A stretch of DNA of 64,000 nucleotides from Bacteroidota bacterium (GTDB taxonomy: Bacteria > Bacteroidota > Bacteroidia > UKL13-3). The stretch lies in contig CANGPW010000002.1 of NCBI GenBank assembly GCA_947456185.1, positions 2,019 to 66,018 on the forward strand, read 5' to 3'. The notes beneath the pieces were generated by a model. That model was not told where the DNA came from, did no database searches, and worked only from the letters and a program-made list of their open reading frames with translations. The position numbers were made by a program, and so were the translations under genes. Below, piece after piece: positions 52,257 to 62,206 of the stretch. Position 1 is the stretch's first letter. Every line of letters starts with the position of its first letter.

Positions 52257-55200
52257 ATTTTTCCTGCACCTTCAGTAAAATATTTATCTGTATTTACTGA
52301 CTTCATATTTTCAATATTTTTTTGATTTATTCGAGTAAAAACTTGGTACAAATAAACTCCATTTGCCAATCTATCGCCATACATATCATTGCCATCCCAA
52401 GCATATTCACTAATATTATTTCCAAACTTAATATTACCAAATTCTTGCTTGGTAATTTCCTTCACAACTTTGCCCGAAATAGTCATAATTCTGATCAATA
52501 AATCATCGGGAGTTTTACTTCCTGTAAGAGTAAACACAAAGCGAATATTGGTGGTTCCTGGGTTTGGATATGGATAAAAGTTACTGATGCTCGATTTATT
52601 GATAATAGTAAATTCTATTTCATATTCATTGTTTCCAGCTTTGTTCCCAACAGCATCTGTAGCTTGAATTTTAATGGCATATTTCCCATCTACTAATTGC
52701 GTTGGTTTGTAAAGTAAAGTAGCTTTATTATTATTGTTAGATGCAGGAATAAATTGTATTTCGTTGGTATTTAAATTCACTCTTTCATAATCAAAATTAT
52801 TCGGTTTTCTAATCATTACATTGAACAATACAGTGTCCTTTTGCATGATATATTTATTGTTATCGGAAGAAGTAATATTGATAATTGGATTGGCCGAAAC
52901 AATGTCTCCATTCATAATTTTTACACCATCAAAAGTCACATCAATATAAGGATTGCTTTTATCGTTTTTAACTAAAAAATTATTTGAAATATAATTATTG
53001 ATATACGTTAATTCATTTATTTTACGATCGTTATTTAATGAAAACTGAAATTGATTATTAGCTTGTAAGCCCAACGTTGGCAGCTTAGTTATCAATTTTG
53101 AATTACTAAAAGCAAGCATAGGATTTAACGTAATATTTGATTCATATTTTACAATTCTTGCATCATCTAGAATTTTTATATTTAAATTACTTGAATCATA
53201 TAAAACTGTGCTAATATTTTCAATTCCAAGTTCTATTTGCAAACTATCGCCTTCTTCAATTGGATTATTTTTAATGTTAAAAGCAATATTGGGCGCTAAT
53301 TTAGCTTCTGCAATGGGTGAAGCAACCAATTGCCAAAATCCAAATTGTTGTGGTGTTCTTTTGGAACTATCTTCCATATTTATTTGTAGTTTTAAATATG
53401 GAAATCTATTGGCATTGATTGCACTTAAATCATAACCAGAATTGGTTATATTTTGATATATTAAAGAATCTTCTCCATTGGTTTTGACACCAATTACAGA
53501 TAAATTAAATTTACTATTTGTCGATATTTCACTTTCCTTAAAATTAAAGTTTAATTGACTCCAAATTTTAGCTGGACCAAAGGCTTTAGATGTTAAACTT
53601 CCTTTATACCATTTGGTTATTAACGCTTTATTAATTGTCAATATTTTATTATCTTCTAAGTTCGGTAAACCTAAAATAATTAATGCGGCCAAAGAATCAT
53701 TGTTTATAGAGTCTTCCGCTGCAAAACCACTTTCAGCGACTTTTTTACTTATAAAAGCCCAAGCAGTATGGTCACTTTTAATTTTATTTATTTTTGTAAC
53801 TCCAAATGTGTTTAAACTATTTAAAGTTGCTGCATCCCAATCTTGAATTCCACTTCCGTATCGCGAAAACATGGCAACATAATATCCTGTTGGAATGCTA
53901 TCAATAAATCTTCTAAATTCATCTCTTCCCGACTGAGTTGTTGTTTGAAAAGGATAATATCTTCTGCTCCTATTTTGTTTATTATTTTGCACAAAAGTGC
54001 AATTAAATGGATAGCCAGGAATTTCGTAAGGAAAGTCAACTTGAAAAGGTTCAAAAACCAAAGCAACTACAGTATTTCCAATGCATGTGCCAACTCCTTC
54101 GTTTAATTGATAAGGCACAATTACACCCATATTGCTGTGGTTAAAACGCCTGTTTTGAATACCTAAAACTAATTCATTATCAATAAAATTAAGCTGTTTT
54201 TTGATAGAATCAAAAACAACTTTATCAGTTTGTGAAGTATTAAATTGGTTGAAATTACTTTGCATAAAACCAAAAAAACTACTATTAATTTTAGTAAATG
54301 ATGCATCAATCCAATTATCGTTCAGTGGATTATTTGAAACTAATTTTGCACGCCAAAAATAAACAACAGAATCTTTATTGCCTAAATTTACTTTCCATTT
54401 TGCCAAATCGTTGGCCTTGAAGATTCCTGAAGTTTGATAAAAAGAAGAAGATGAATTGAATTGGATATTATTGTCAATTTCAAAAATATAATCCATGTCT
54501 TTGGCAAACAAATCATTGTTTTGAATAATTAGTTCTACAGAATCTTTGTTGTGAATGGAATAATTCAATGGATACAATATGTTGATTCCACTTCCTGGAA
54601 TAAATTTACTAAAAACTGCTTGGTTATTGTTTTCATTCGATTCCATTTTAGTATTTACATGATCCACAAATACATTGAATGTATTATTCCCAGCCATTGA
54701 TTTACCTTGACCTTTAAGTTTAACAGTTAAAGTATCTTTATAAAATGGAGACAGTAAAATTAAGCTATCGTAATAAAATTTATTGCCTGTTGAACCAACA
54801 ATATGTTCAATACTCACCAACAAGGAATCGCTAAGGGCTTTGCCTAAATTTTTAACAATGATGTTTATTTCAAAAGAATCAGCTAAGGCAGTTATGTTTT
54901 TATCCTTTATAAAAATATCTGTATTCGTAATTTCGTAATCAGGCATAAAAGGACTCGCTAGTTTTAAAGCAGGATCACCTTGATAAATTAATTGATTACC
55001 GTGCGAAACACTGTATATATCGCCCGATGTAGTTGATTCAGCAATTGACTGCTGAATAATTTTACCAATACTTTTACCATATAAATCTTTACTCAAATTG
55101 GCGTAAAACCGAGTCATTTGGCTATTCAAATTTGCTAAAAGTGTAAGGTTGGAATGCGCTAACCAACCAATTGCGCCTTTATTGGGAGCTACAATAAAAT

Positions 55201-57256
55201 CTTTTCCATAAATATTCCCACTTCCCTGTGGATCGGCATCATTTGCATTGCCAATATTGCAACCATTAAAGTAAAAAAAAGTGTATTTGTTGGTGTTTTG
55301 GATATCATTAATTTTGCCGAAATCAACATCTAAAACCGATAAGGAACCATGTCCAAAAAAGGTCATTAAACTTTTTCCTTTATTGAGCTCCGCTATCAAT
55401 TTTTCTTTAAAACCAACTTCAACTATTTCAGATGAGTTTTTATTGTATGTAGTTACATTAGCTCCAAAAAATGGTTTTATAATTTGAGATTTATTAAAAT
55501 TTAACTGATTGGCTAAACTTACCTGATCATTGATATCACCACCCGAAACATGCAATATTTGTTTACGCCAATCAATATTAAAAATGGTGTCTTTTTCGTA
55601 GCTAATTAACTTGTCTAAATAGTTTTGTGCTTCTTCGTTTGTAGCAGCTGGAATGCGGCCTGTGGCAATAGCTGGTGCATAAGGTTGTAAAGGATTTAAA
55701 CCTGCAGTAAACATATTATCACTCGATGGTTCACCAATGGCAGGAACTAAATTATTGCTGTAAGCGTTTTGATAATTACTTCGGATCAAATTATTTTGAT
55801 AACCTCTACCTAACAATAATAAATAATTAGGCTTTACAGTTTGATTTTGATACAAATATTTCAAAAAATGTTTGACTGCCAATGGATGATCGTAGCCATA
55901 AAAAAACTGATTATACAAATTATTACTGTAAAATATATTTGTTGTATATTGCTGTGAGCGATAGTTTTTATAAGCATTTGCAACAGTTTCTAATTTTTTA
56001 TTTGTTAAAATTATAAACTCAGTATTTAAATTTGAATTGGTAAAAATCATGTCTACCAACTCCAAATTTAATATATTTTTTATATCTGTTTCATCGTAAA
56101 TATAATATTCATTGTTACTGTTAAAATTTTCAACTAATACATTTAAATCATTACCAGTTATGGTACAACTCACTTTTTTAAAGTTGGTTAAATCTAATAA
56201 TTGTGGATTAAACTTTCCATAATTACTAAATTTAAAATAAGTTCTACTCGCAATTTGCTGTGCCAAATGTTTAAAATATAATTGACTTTGATTGTTTAAA
56301 TTGCAAGAACTAGCATACTTAAAAGTTAAATAAGAAAGTGAACTAAAATCGCTGCCAACGCCTAAATCGGATACTGTTTCAAACTTAAAATAAGTACTAT
56401 TACCAATGTTTGAATTGCTTAAATTAATTGCATATTTAGTTTCAGTATAACCGGTATAAGTGGTATCTTTTATAGTCAAAAAATTTAAATTATCATTGGA
56501 AATTCCAATTTTCAAATGATGATTAATTGCTTTAGAAACATCGTTACTCACGCCAAAAACTTTTGCTTCAAGCATTGCATTAGGGCCACTTAATAATAAA
56601 TTAGGTGTATTAATTGAATAAACTCTATAAGATACATCAGCACCAATTTTTAAACTAACCCAACTTTCGCCTTCCAAATATTCAGAATAATAATAAGGAT
56701 CTCCTGCTCCAACTTTATCAAATTTACCACGGTAATATTCTTGAATAGGTGCTGTATCAATTTGATTAATAAAATATGCTTCGGGCGTAAATAAATTATA
56801 ATTTGTTTCATTGAACAAAGCAAAACGTTTTCCTATTTGAATAGCAGAAGGTGAAATAACAGTAAAAAAATAAACTGCAGTATCACTGAATAAACTATTT
56901 AATTGATGCGGTTGATCTGCTGAAGTTTTATATAATTCTGCATCTAAAACTCCATCATTCTTAGTGGCGTAAAATGAAATATAATCATTTGCATTAAATT
57001 CACCATCACTTTCACCCTTTACAAAACAAGCTTGTTCAATCCCATTTTTAAATATTTGAAATTTATTAGGGTGAATGCCCAAAAGATTTACACCAATTTG
57101 TGCCAATTGATTGGAATCAATTTTATAAACACCTTTCTCCCATATTTTTATTTTATAATAGGTTTGATTTGGTCTAATCCACTCATTGCCTATTAATTGA
57201 GCAAAAGTAAATTGCGATATTAAAATTAATATAAAAGTGAAAACTATTTTTTTCAT
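52241..57256 (-). CDS. C25 (gingipain-type) cysteine peptidase family protein, PorU-like T9SS component or cargo
   Basis: 1671 aa. Signal peptide, putative His-Cys dyad in FFGHGS and YFNGCNIGN, C-terminal beta-sandwich sorting-like domain (FYPYPNPGTTNIRFVF...GVYLYQV). Confidence 0.75.
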   Translation of the reverse strand: MKKIVFTFILILISQFTFAQLIGNEWIRPNQTYYKIKIWEKGVYKIDSNQLAQIGVNLLGIHPNKFQIFKNGIEQACFVKGESDGEFNANDYISFYATKNDGVLDAELYKTSADQPHQLNSLFSDTAVYFFTVISPSAIQIGKRFALFNETNYNLFTPEAYFINQIDTAPIQEYYRGKFDKVGAGDPYYYSEYLEGESWVSLKIGADVSYRVYSINTPNLLLSGPNAMLEAKVFGVSNDVSKAINHHLKIGISNDNLNFLTIKDTTYTGYTETKYAINLSNSNIGNSTYFKFETVSDLGVGSDFSSLSYLTFKYASSCNLNNQSQLYFKHLAQQIASRTYFKFSNYGKFNPQLLDLTNFKKVSCTITGNDLNVLVENFNSNNEYYIYDETDIKNILNLELVDMIFTNSNLNTEFIILTNKKLETVANAYKNYRSQQYTTNIFYSNNLYNQFFYGYDHPLAVKHFLKYLYQNQTVKPNYLLLLGRGYQNNLIRSNYQNAYSNNLVPAIGEPSSDNMFTAGLNPLQPYAPAIATGRIPAATNEEAQNYLDKLISYEKDTIFNIDWRKQILHVSGGDINDQVSLANQLNFNKSQIIKPFFGANVTTYNKNSSEIVEVGFKEKLIAELNKGKSLMTFFGHGSLSVLDVDFGKINDIQNTNKYTFFYFNGCNIGNANDADPQGSGNIYGKDFIVAPNKGAIGWLAHSNLTLLANLNSQMTRFYANLSKDLYGKSIGKIIQQSIAESTTSGDIYSVSHGNQLIYQGDPALKLASPFMPDYEITNTDIFIKDKNITALADSFEINIIVKNLGKALSDSLLVSIEHIVGSTGNKFYYDSLILLSPFYKDTLTVKLKGQGKSMAGNNTFNVFVDHVNTKMESNENNNQAVFSKFIPGSGINILYPLNYSIHNKDSVELIIQNNDLFAKDMDYIFEIDNNIQFNSSSSFYQTSGIFKANDLAKWKVNLGNKDSVVYFWRAKLVSNNPLNDNWIDASFTKINSSFFGFMQSNFNQFNTSQTDKVVFDSIKKQLNFIDNELVLGIQNRRFNHSNMGVIVPYQLNEGVGTCIGNTVVALVFEPFQVDFPYEIPGYPFNCTFVQNNKQNRSRRYYPFQTTTQSGRDEFRRFIDSIPTGYYVAMFSRYGSGIQDWDAATLNSLNTFGVTKINKIKSDHTAWAFISKKVAESGFAAEDSINNDSLAALIILGLPNLEDNKILTINKALITKWYKGSLTSKAFGPAKIWSQLNFNFKESEISTNSKFNLSVIGVKTNGEDSLIYQNITNSGYDLSAINANRFPYLKLQINMEDSSKRTPQQFGFWQLVASPIAEAKLAPNIAFNIKNNPIEEGDSLQIELGIENISTVLYDSSNLNIKILDDARIVKYESNITLNPMLAFSNSKLITKLPTLGLQANNQFQFSLNNDRKINELTYINNYISNNFLVKNDKSNPYIDVTFDGVKIMNGDIVSANPIINITSSDNNKYIMQKDTVLFNVMIRKPNNFDYERVNLNTNEIQFIPASNNNNKATLLYKPTQLVDGKYAIKIQATDAVGNKAGNNEYEIEFTIINKSSISNFYPYPNPGTTNIRFVFTLTGSKTPDDLLIRIMTISGKVVKEITKQEFGNIKFGNNISEYAWDGNDMYGDRLANGVYLYQVFTRINQKNIENMKSVNTDKYFTEGAGKIYLMR

Positions 57257-57370
57257 TCAGTAATTCTATCAAACAAATATAACGGCTTCTACTTCAAAAA
57301 AAGTATTTGTTTGCTATTTTTTACATTTTATTAACTTGCTAGCTGAATTTTAAAAATTGAAATCAAGGAA

Positions 57371-58339
57371 TTGAAGACTTCTATAAAATATATTTCTTTT
57401 GGTAAATATGAAACTGGTGGCTACAAACACGAGCTTTTTTTTGCGGAGCAAATGCATGAATTTTTATATAATAAAGGTGATAAAGTGGAACTTAAAATTG
57501 ATAGAATAAATCGTTTTTACACCAATCCTTTTGTTTATTTAAAATTAATATTTTTAGGATTAACAGCTAATGCAAATTACAATATTATTGTAGCCAGAGT
57601 TGCTTTATTTTCTGTGCTTCGCAATGTTTTTACCCAAAACAAAGTTTATATTATTTTACATAATTTTGATGAAAATGATGGAAAATCTTTTTGGCTAAAT
57701 TTATATTATAATGCTTTATTTTTTGTACTGAAAAACACAAAAAATGACAATATTTCAATTGTCACAATTGCCCCATTTTGGGTAAAATTTTTTAAAGAAA
57801 AAGTAAAAAAAAATATACCAGTTTTCTATTTCCCAAACTTTTTCAACAATGAATATTATTCCGATTTTATTGCTACTAAAAAGAAAAAGCAAATTCACTT
57901 AGGACAATGGAGTTTTAAAAACCATACAGATGTTTTTGAAATTGCCAAGCAACTAACAAAACAAGGTTATTTTTGTTATTTCAGTACTAATTTCAGTGAT
58001 TTTGCAAAAGAAACACATGATTACGAAGTAATTTATTTTGAACAATTTGAAAACTATTTAATACAAATGGCTTTGAGTGAATTCACTTTGGCACTTACTG
58101 GAATTAATGAAGGTTGGAATCGAGTAGCACATGAAAGTATTTTAGTGGGAACACCTGTAATAGCTTATGCTAAAGCTGGTTTACTTAATTTAATTAACGA
58201 AAGTAAAAGCATTGCTGCAAACAACATAGAAGAAGTTTTACAAGCCATTGAAAACAAAAATGTGCAAGCAAATCCTAATTTACTTGCACATTATGATATA
58301 AAAAATGCTGCTGATTATTTAAGCAAGATTCTGAATTAA
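57371..58339 (+). CDS. putative glycosyltransferase (GT-B-like)
   Basis: 322-aa ORF with a TTG start. YETGGYKHELFFAE near the N-terminus and C-terminal GWNRVAHESILVGTPVIAY resemble GT4-like folds. Weak assignment. Confidence 0.45.
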   Translation: MKTSIKYISFGKYETGGYKHELFFAEQMHEFLYNKGDKVELKIDRINRFYTNPFVYLKLIFLGLTANANYNIIVARVALFSVLRNVFTQNKVYIILHNFDENDGKSFWLNLYYNALFFVLKNTKNDNISIVTIAPFWVKFFKEKVKKNIPVFYFPNFFNNEYYSDFIATKKKKQIHLGQWSFKNHTDVFEIAKQLTKQGYFCYFSTNFSDFAKETHDYEVIYFEQFENYLIQMALSEFTLALTGINEGWNRVAHESILVGTPVIAYAKAGLLNLINESKSIAANNIEEVLQAIENKNVQANPNLLAHYDIKNAADYLSKILN

Positions 58340-58372
58340 TTCATTGCTAAAATCTGTGAACTGTGGCTCTCT

Positions 58373-59509
58373 TTAGTTAAAAAACTCTCTCATTCTATCA
58401 AAAAAACCTTTGTCATTGGCGTTTGGTTTTGGATGAAAGTTTTCGGCTTCACGTAATTTTTCTAATATTTCTTTTTCTTCATTACTTAACTTTTGAGGTG
58501 TCCAAACATTGATGTGAATCAACTGATCACCTTTAAAATTAGTATTTAGTTCAGGTAATCCTTTGCCACGCAAACGAAGTATTTTTCCAGCTTGTGTACC
58601 AGCATCTATTTTCAATTTTACTTTTCCATCTACGGTTGGCACTTCTACTTGCGTTCCCAAAGCTACATCTGCAAAATTAATGTATAAATCAAAAACGATA
58701 TTGTTACCATCACGTTTTAAAATTAAGTCTTCAGCTTCTTCTATTAATATAATTAAATCCCCAGCAGGACCGCCCATTGGACCAGCATTTCCTTTTCCAC
58801 TCATGCTTAGTTGCATGCCATTGGCTACACCAGCAGGAATATTTACAGAAACTACTTCTTCTTTATTTACCAAACCATCTGCATTAGAACCAGCAGGGCG
58901 TTTGCCCATAATTCTTCCAGTTCCATGGCAAGTAGGACAAGCACTTGTAGTTGCCATTTGACCTAAAAATGTATTGGTAACTCTGCGCACTTGACCGGAA
59001 CCTTTACAAGTTCCGCAAGTTTCAAAACTTAAACCTTCAGCCATTACTAATCGGCCAAATTTTAGTTTCTTTTCTACACCTGTTGCAATTTCTTGCAATG
59101 TTAATTTTACTTTTAAACGAATATTACTACCCCTAACTCCTCTTCCACCTCCACTGCTTCTTCCTCCTCTTCCACCTCCAAAAAACGAATCAAACGGACT
59201 TCCACCATCATTACCAAACACATCACCAAAATTACTAAATATGTCGTCCATGTTCATTCCACCGCCACCATAACCGCCTTGGCCACTGGTTCCAGCATGT
59301 CCGTATTGGTCATAACGCGCTTTTTTATTAGGATCGCTAAGCATTTCATAGGCTTCTGCTGCTTCTTTGAATTTTTCTTCCGCCTTTGCATCACCTGGAT
59401 TTTTATCGGGGTGAAACTTAATTGCCATTTGACGGTAAGCCTTCTTGATTTCAGCCTCACTTGCATTTTTACTTAAACCAAGTACTTCGTAGTAATCTCT
59501 TTTTTTCAT
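58373..59509 (-). CDS. dnaJ: molecular chaperone DnaJ (only two of the usual four CxxCxGxG motifs)
   Basis: J domain DYYEVLG...HPDKNP, G/F-rich region, CGTCKGSG and CPTCHGTG, C-terminal domains. Confidence 0.96.
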   Translation of the reverse strand: MKKRDYYEVLGLSKNASEAEIKKAYRQMAIKFHPDKNPGDAKAEEKFKEAAEAYEMLSDPNKKARYDQYGHAGTSGQGGYGGGGMNMDDIFSNFGDVFGNDGGSPFDSFFGGGRGGRSSGGGRGVRGSNIRLKVKLTLQEIATGVEKKLKFGRLVMAEGLSFETCGTCKGSGQVRRVTNTFLGQMATTSACPTCHGTGRIMGKRPAGSNADGLVNKEEVVSVNIPAGVANGMQLSMSGKGNAGPMGGPAGDLIILIEEAEDLILKRDGNNIVFDLYINFADVALGTQVEVPTVDGKVKLKIDAGTQAGKILRLRGKGLPELNTNFKGDQLIHINVWTPQKLSNEEKEILEKLREAENFHPKPNANDKGFFDRMREFFN

Positions 59510-59645
59510 CTATAATTTTTTATTGAAAGATTGAAAAATTACAAGATTAAAAGATTTTTGATGGCTCTTTATATCTTGTCTTCTTTCTAACTTTGTAATT
59601 TTTGTAATTTTTTAATTTTGCAATCTTTCTAATTTTTGTAATTTG

Positions 59646-60218
59646 TTATTCGCCAACTACCACTTTTGCAAAACGAATCACTCTTTCGTTTAACAAATAG
59701 CCTTTTTCAACGGTATCAACCACTTTTCCTTTTAAATCATCGCTAGGTGCAGGAATATTGGTAATGGCTTCATGGAATTCACTGTCAAAAACTTTGTTGG
59801 TGCTTTCCATTTCTTTTAAGCCTTTTTGCATCAAAATATTTTTCAATTTATGACTTACCAATTCTATTCCTTCTTTAACAGCGCTCACTTCTATAGCTTT
59901 TTCCATGGCTTTTGAAGCACGTTCAAAATCGTCTAAAACGGGAATCAATGAAACCAAAACTTCCTTACTTGCGGTCATCATAAATTCCATTCTTTCCTTT
60001 GCCGATCTGCGTTTATAGTTTTCAAAATCAGAATATAATCGTAAATATTTATCTTTTGCTTCGGCTAATTCTTGTTCCAAGGTAATAGGAATTTCTTCTG
60101 CCTTTTGTTCTTCATTAGTGACAGCATTGTCAGTTTGCTCAGTTTCATTAACTATGTTTTCTCCAGAATTTTCTGTTGTTGAATCATTGGTTAATTCTTT
60201 CTCTTGCTCTTTATTCAT
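59646..60218 (-). CDS. grpE: nucleotide exchange factor GrpE
   Basis: KDKYLRLYSDFENYKRR, LPVLDDFERA, GYLLNERVIRFAKVVV. Confidence 0.95.
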   Translation of the reverse strand: MNKEQEKELTNDSTTENSGENIVNETEQTDNAVTNEEQKAEEIPITLEQELAEAKDKYLRLYSDFENYKRRSAKERMEFMMTASKEVLVSLIPVLDDFERASKAMEKAIEVSAVKEGIELVSHKLKNILMQKGLKEMESTNKVFDSEFHEAITNIPAPSDDLKGKVVDTVEKGYLLNERVIRFAKVVVGE

Positions 60219-60384
60219 TGTATTGTGGTATTATTTGCTAAGTTTTGATTGATTTTAAAAACCTACTCTATCAAAAGTATTGCCATTGGAAAATTTGTCT
60301 GTTTTTTTGTGATTGGTAAGATTACAAGGTTTATTGGCAAATAAAATTCAATATTGATTACTTTAAATTATTTTATCGGTTATT

Positions 60385-60430
60385 CGTTTCGACAAGCTCA
60401 ACGACCGCAGACATTGAGCTTGTCGAAATG
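60385..60430. repeat. 46-nt palindromic element, inverted copy
   Basis: cgtttcgacaagctcaacgaccgcagacattgagcttgtcgaaatg, the reverse-complement twin of 10474-10519. Confidence 0.85.
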
Positions 60431-60475
60431 GCTTCCCATTAATAAACTAAATTGGCTTTAGATTTCAATTTTTCT

Positions 60476-60539
60476 TAATCTTTCAATCTTTCTAATCTTT
60501 CAATCTTTCTAATCTTTCAATCTTTCTAATCTTTCAATT
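60476..60539. repeat. tandem repeat, 17-nt unit taatctttcaatctttc x3 plus a partial unit
   Basis: Read directly from the sequence. Overlaps the mnmH stop codon (60509-60511). Confidence 0.9.
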
Positions 60540-61507
60540 GAATCAACCTTCGTAACCTTCGATTCATCCCTTTTACTTACTCCAAATAAATAAGTTTTAT
60601 CATAGTAAATCAGCATGGCTTTTGCCCAATCGTTAAAATTATTTTCTTCCAATAATTGAACAGCTTCTCGGGTTCGTAAATCGCCCAAACGTTTATGCAA
60701 TTTTTGTGTAGATTGTATCAATATTTCTTTATCAAAATGACCGTAATCTGCTATAATATTTTTTACTCTTTCATCTATATTTATTTCCAAAAAGTAAAGC
60801 TGATTATTGCGAATGGCATCATGAATTTTAGCAGGTACTTTGCAGCGACCAATCATGGAACTTTCATCTTCAATCCAAATTGAAATTTCAGCATTCATTT
60901 GATGAAGTTCAAATGCCAATAAATTTTCAAATTGTTCATTGGTTGGTTGCGGTGGCAATCCAATATTGCCAAAAGCAGAACCCCTGTGATTTGCCAAATT
61001 TTCTAAGTCTAAAACCTGAATATTTTGGGTGGCAAATTGTTTTAAAATAGTCGTTTTTCCACTGCCAGTATAACCACCTAAAACCTTAAAATCATAATCA
61101 GCTTCTAACTTTTCAAGTGTCCAATGTCTATACTTTTTATAGCCACCTTGCAACAAATGAACTTGAAAACCAGCAGAACTTAATAAATTTGCCATGATTC
61201 TGCTTCGCAATCCCCCACGGTAACAATGAATAATTATTTCTCGGTTTCCAAATTGCTTATAAGCTTGTTTTACTAATTTATAAAAGTTAGGCCCCACTAA
61301 TTTATAACCTAAAATAACTGCAGCTTCATGTCCATTTTGTTTGTAACTAGTACCAACTTGTTTGCGTTCTTCATTGTTTAAAATAGGGAAATTAATGGCA
61401 TTAGGAATATGTCCTTGTTCAAATTCTATTGGCGCACGCACATCTATTAATGTAAGCGTTTTCTGAAGTTTAAACAGTTCTTCTATGCTGGCAATTGGCT
61501 TAATCAT
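60509..61507 (-). CDS. mnmH: tRNA 2-selenouridine(34) synthase
   Basis: Rhodanese domain with HCYRGGLRS, then P-loop GGYTGSGKT. The last ~10 codons lie in a 17-nt tandem repeat. Confidence 0.85.
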   Translation of the reverse strand: MIKPIASIEELFKLQKTLTLIDVRAPIEFEQGHIPNAINFPILNNEERKQVGTSYKQNGHEAAVILGYKLVGPNFYKLVKQAYKQFGNREIIIHCYRGGLRSRIMANLLSSAGFQVHLLQGGYKKYRHWTLEKLEADYDFKVLGGYTGSGKTTILKQFATQNIQVLDLENLANHRGSAFGNIGLPPQPTNEQFENLLAFELHQMNAEISIWIEDESSMIGRCKVPAKIHDAIRNNQLYFLEINIDERVKNIIADYGHFDKEILIQSTQKLHKRLGDLRTREAVQLLEENNFNDWAKAMLIYYDKTYLFGVSKRDESKVTKVDSIERLERLKD

Positions 61508-62159
61508 TTAATAAGTAGTTTTTGCTTTGCGGACCTTGATTCATTAATAAATCTAAAATAGATAAATTAGCTTGAAAAGGATATTTTTCGGTAAATACTT
61601 GTAAATATTTCTTCATGTTATCACCTGCTATTACTTCACTATGATTGCGTTTTTTAGCATCAAAATAATTACGCAAATCGATAATATTTTCATATTCCAA
61701 TACGTATTTTTCAGTGTAAGAAATTGGCTTTTCAACTTTCAACAATTTTAAAATAAGTTTCAATAATTCGGTATTGAAATCAAATAAATATTCATGCTTT
61801 TGCTGCAAGTAAAATGGTTCAAAAAAATCTTTGTAATAAAACCAAAAAGAGGAGTTTCCATAAGCCGATTGGAACGCCAGCCAATGTTGCTTTTGCCAGT
61901 TTTCATCGTAGTTAATTTTCACCTCGCCAAAAGTTTGTTTTGAAAAATGTATTTTAAGCGTTGGAATACTCAAAACCTGCACGCCATTTGCCCCCAAAAT
62001 ATGACAACGATTTGCATATGTTTGTTTCAAGTAATTTTGATGCTTTTCAATTAATATTTCATCTGCCAAAAGCAAATGTTTTGTATATACCAAATTAGGT
62101 AAATAGGTGCTTGGGAAAATAGTTTTTGATTCCAGATTTTTAGCAAATTTATAGACCAT
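61500..62159 (-). CDS. WbqC-family protein
   Basis: 219 aa. The YLPNLVYTKHLLLADEILIEKHQNYLKQTYANRCHILGANGVQVLSIP pattern resembles WbqC-like proteins. 8-nt overlap with the mnmH start. Confidence 0.7.
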   Translation of the reverse strand: MVYKFAKNLESKTIFPSTYLPNLVYTKHLLLADEILIEKHQNYLKQTYANRCHILGANGVQVLSIPTLKIHFSKQTFGEVKINYDENWQKQHWLAFQSAYGNSSFWFYYKDFFEPFYLQQKHEYLFDFNTELLKLILKLLKVEKPISYTEKYVLEYENIIDLRNYFDAKKRNHSEVIAGDNMKKYLQVFTEKYPFQANLSILDLLMNQGPQSKNYLLND

Positions 62160-62206
62160 GGTCGATAGACGATAGTCCTATTGAAAGATAATTTATTTTT
62201 TATGGT

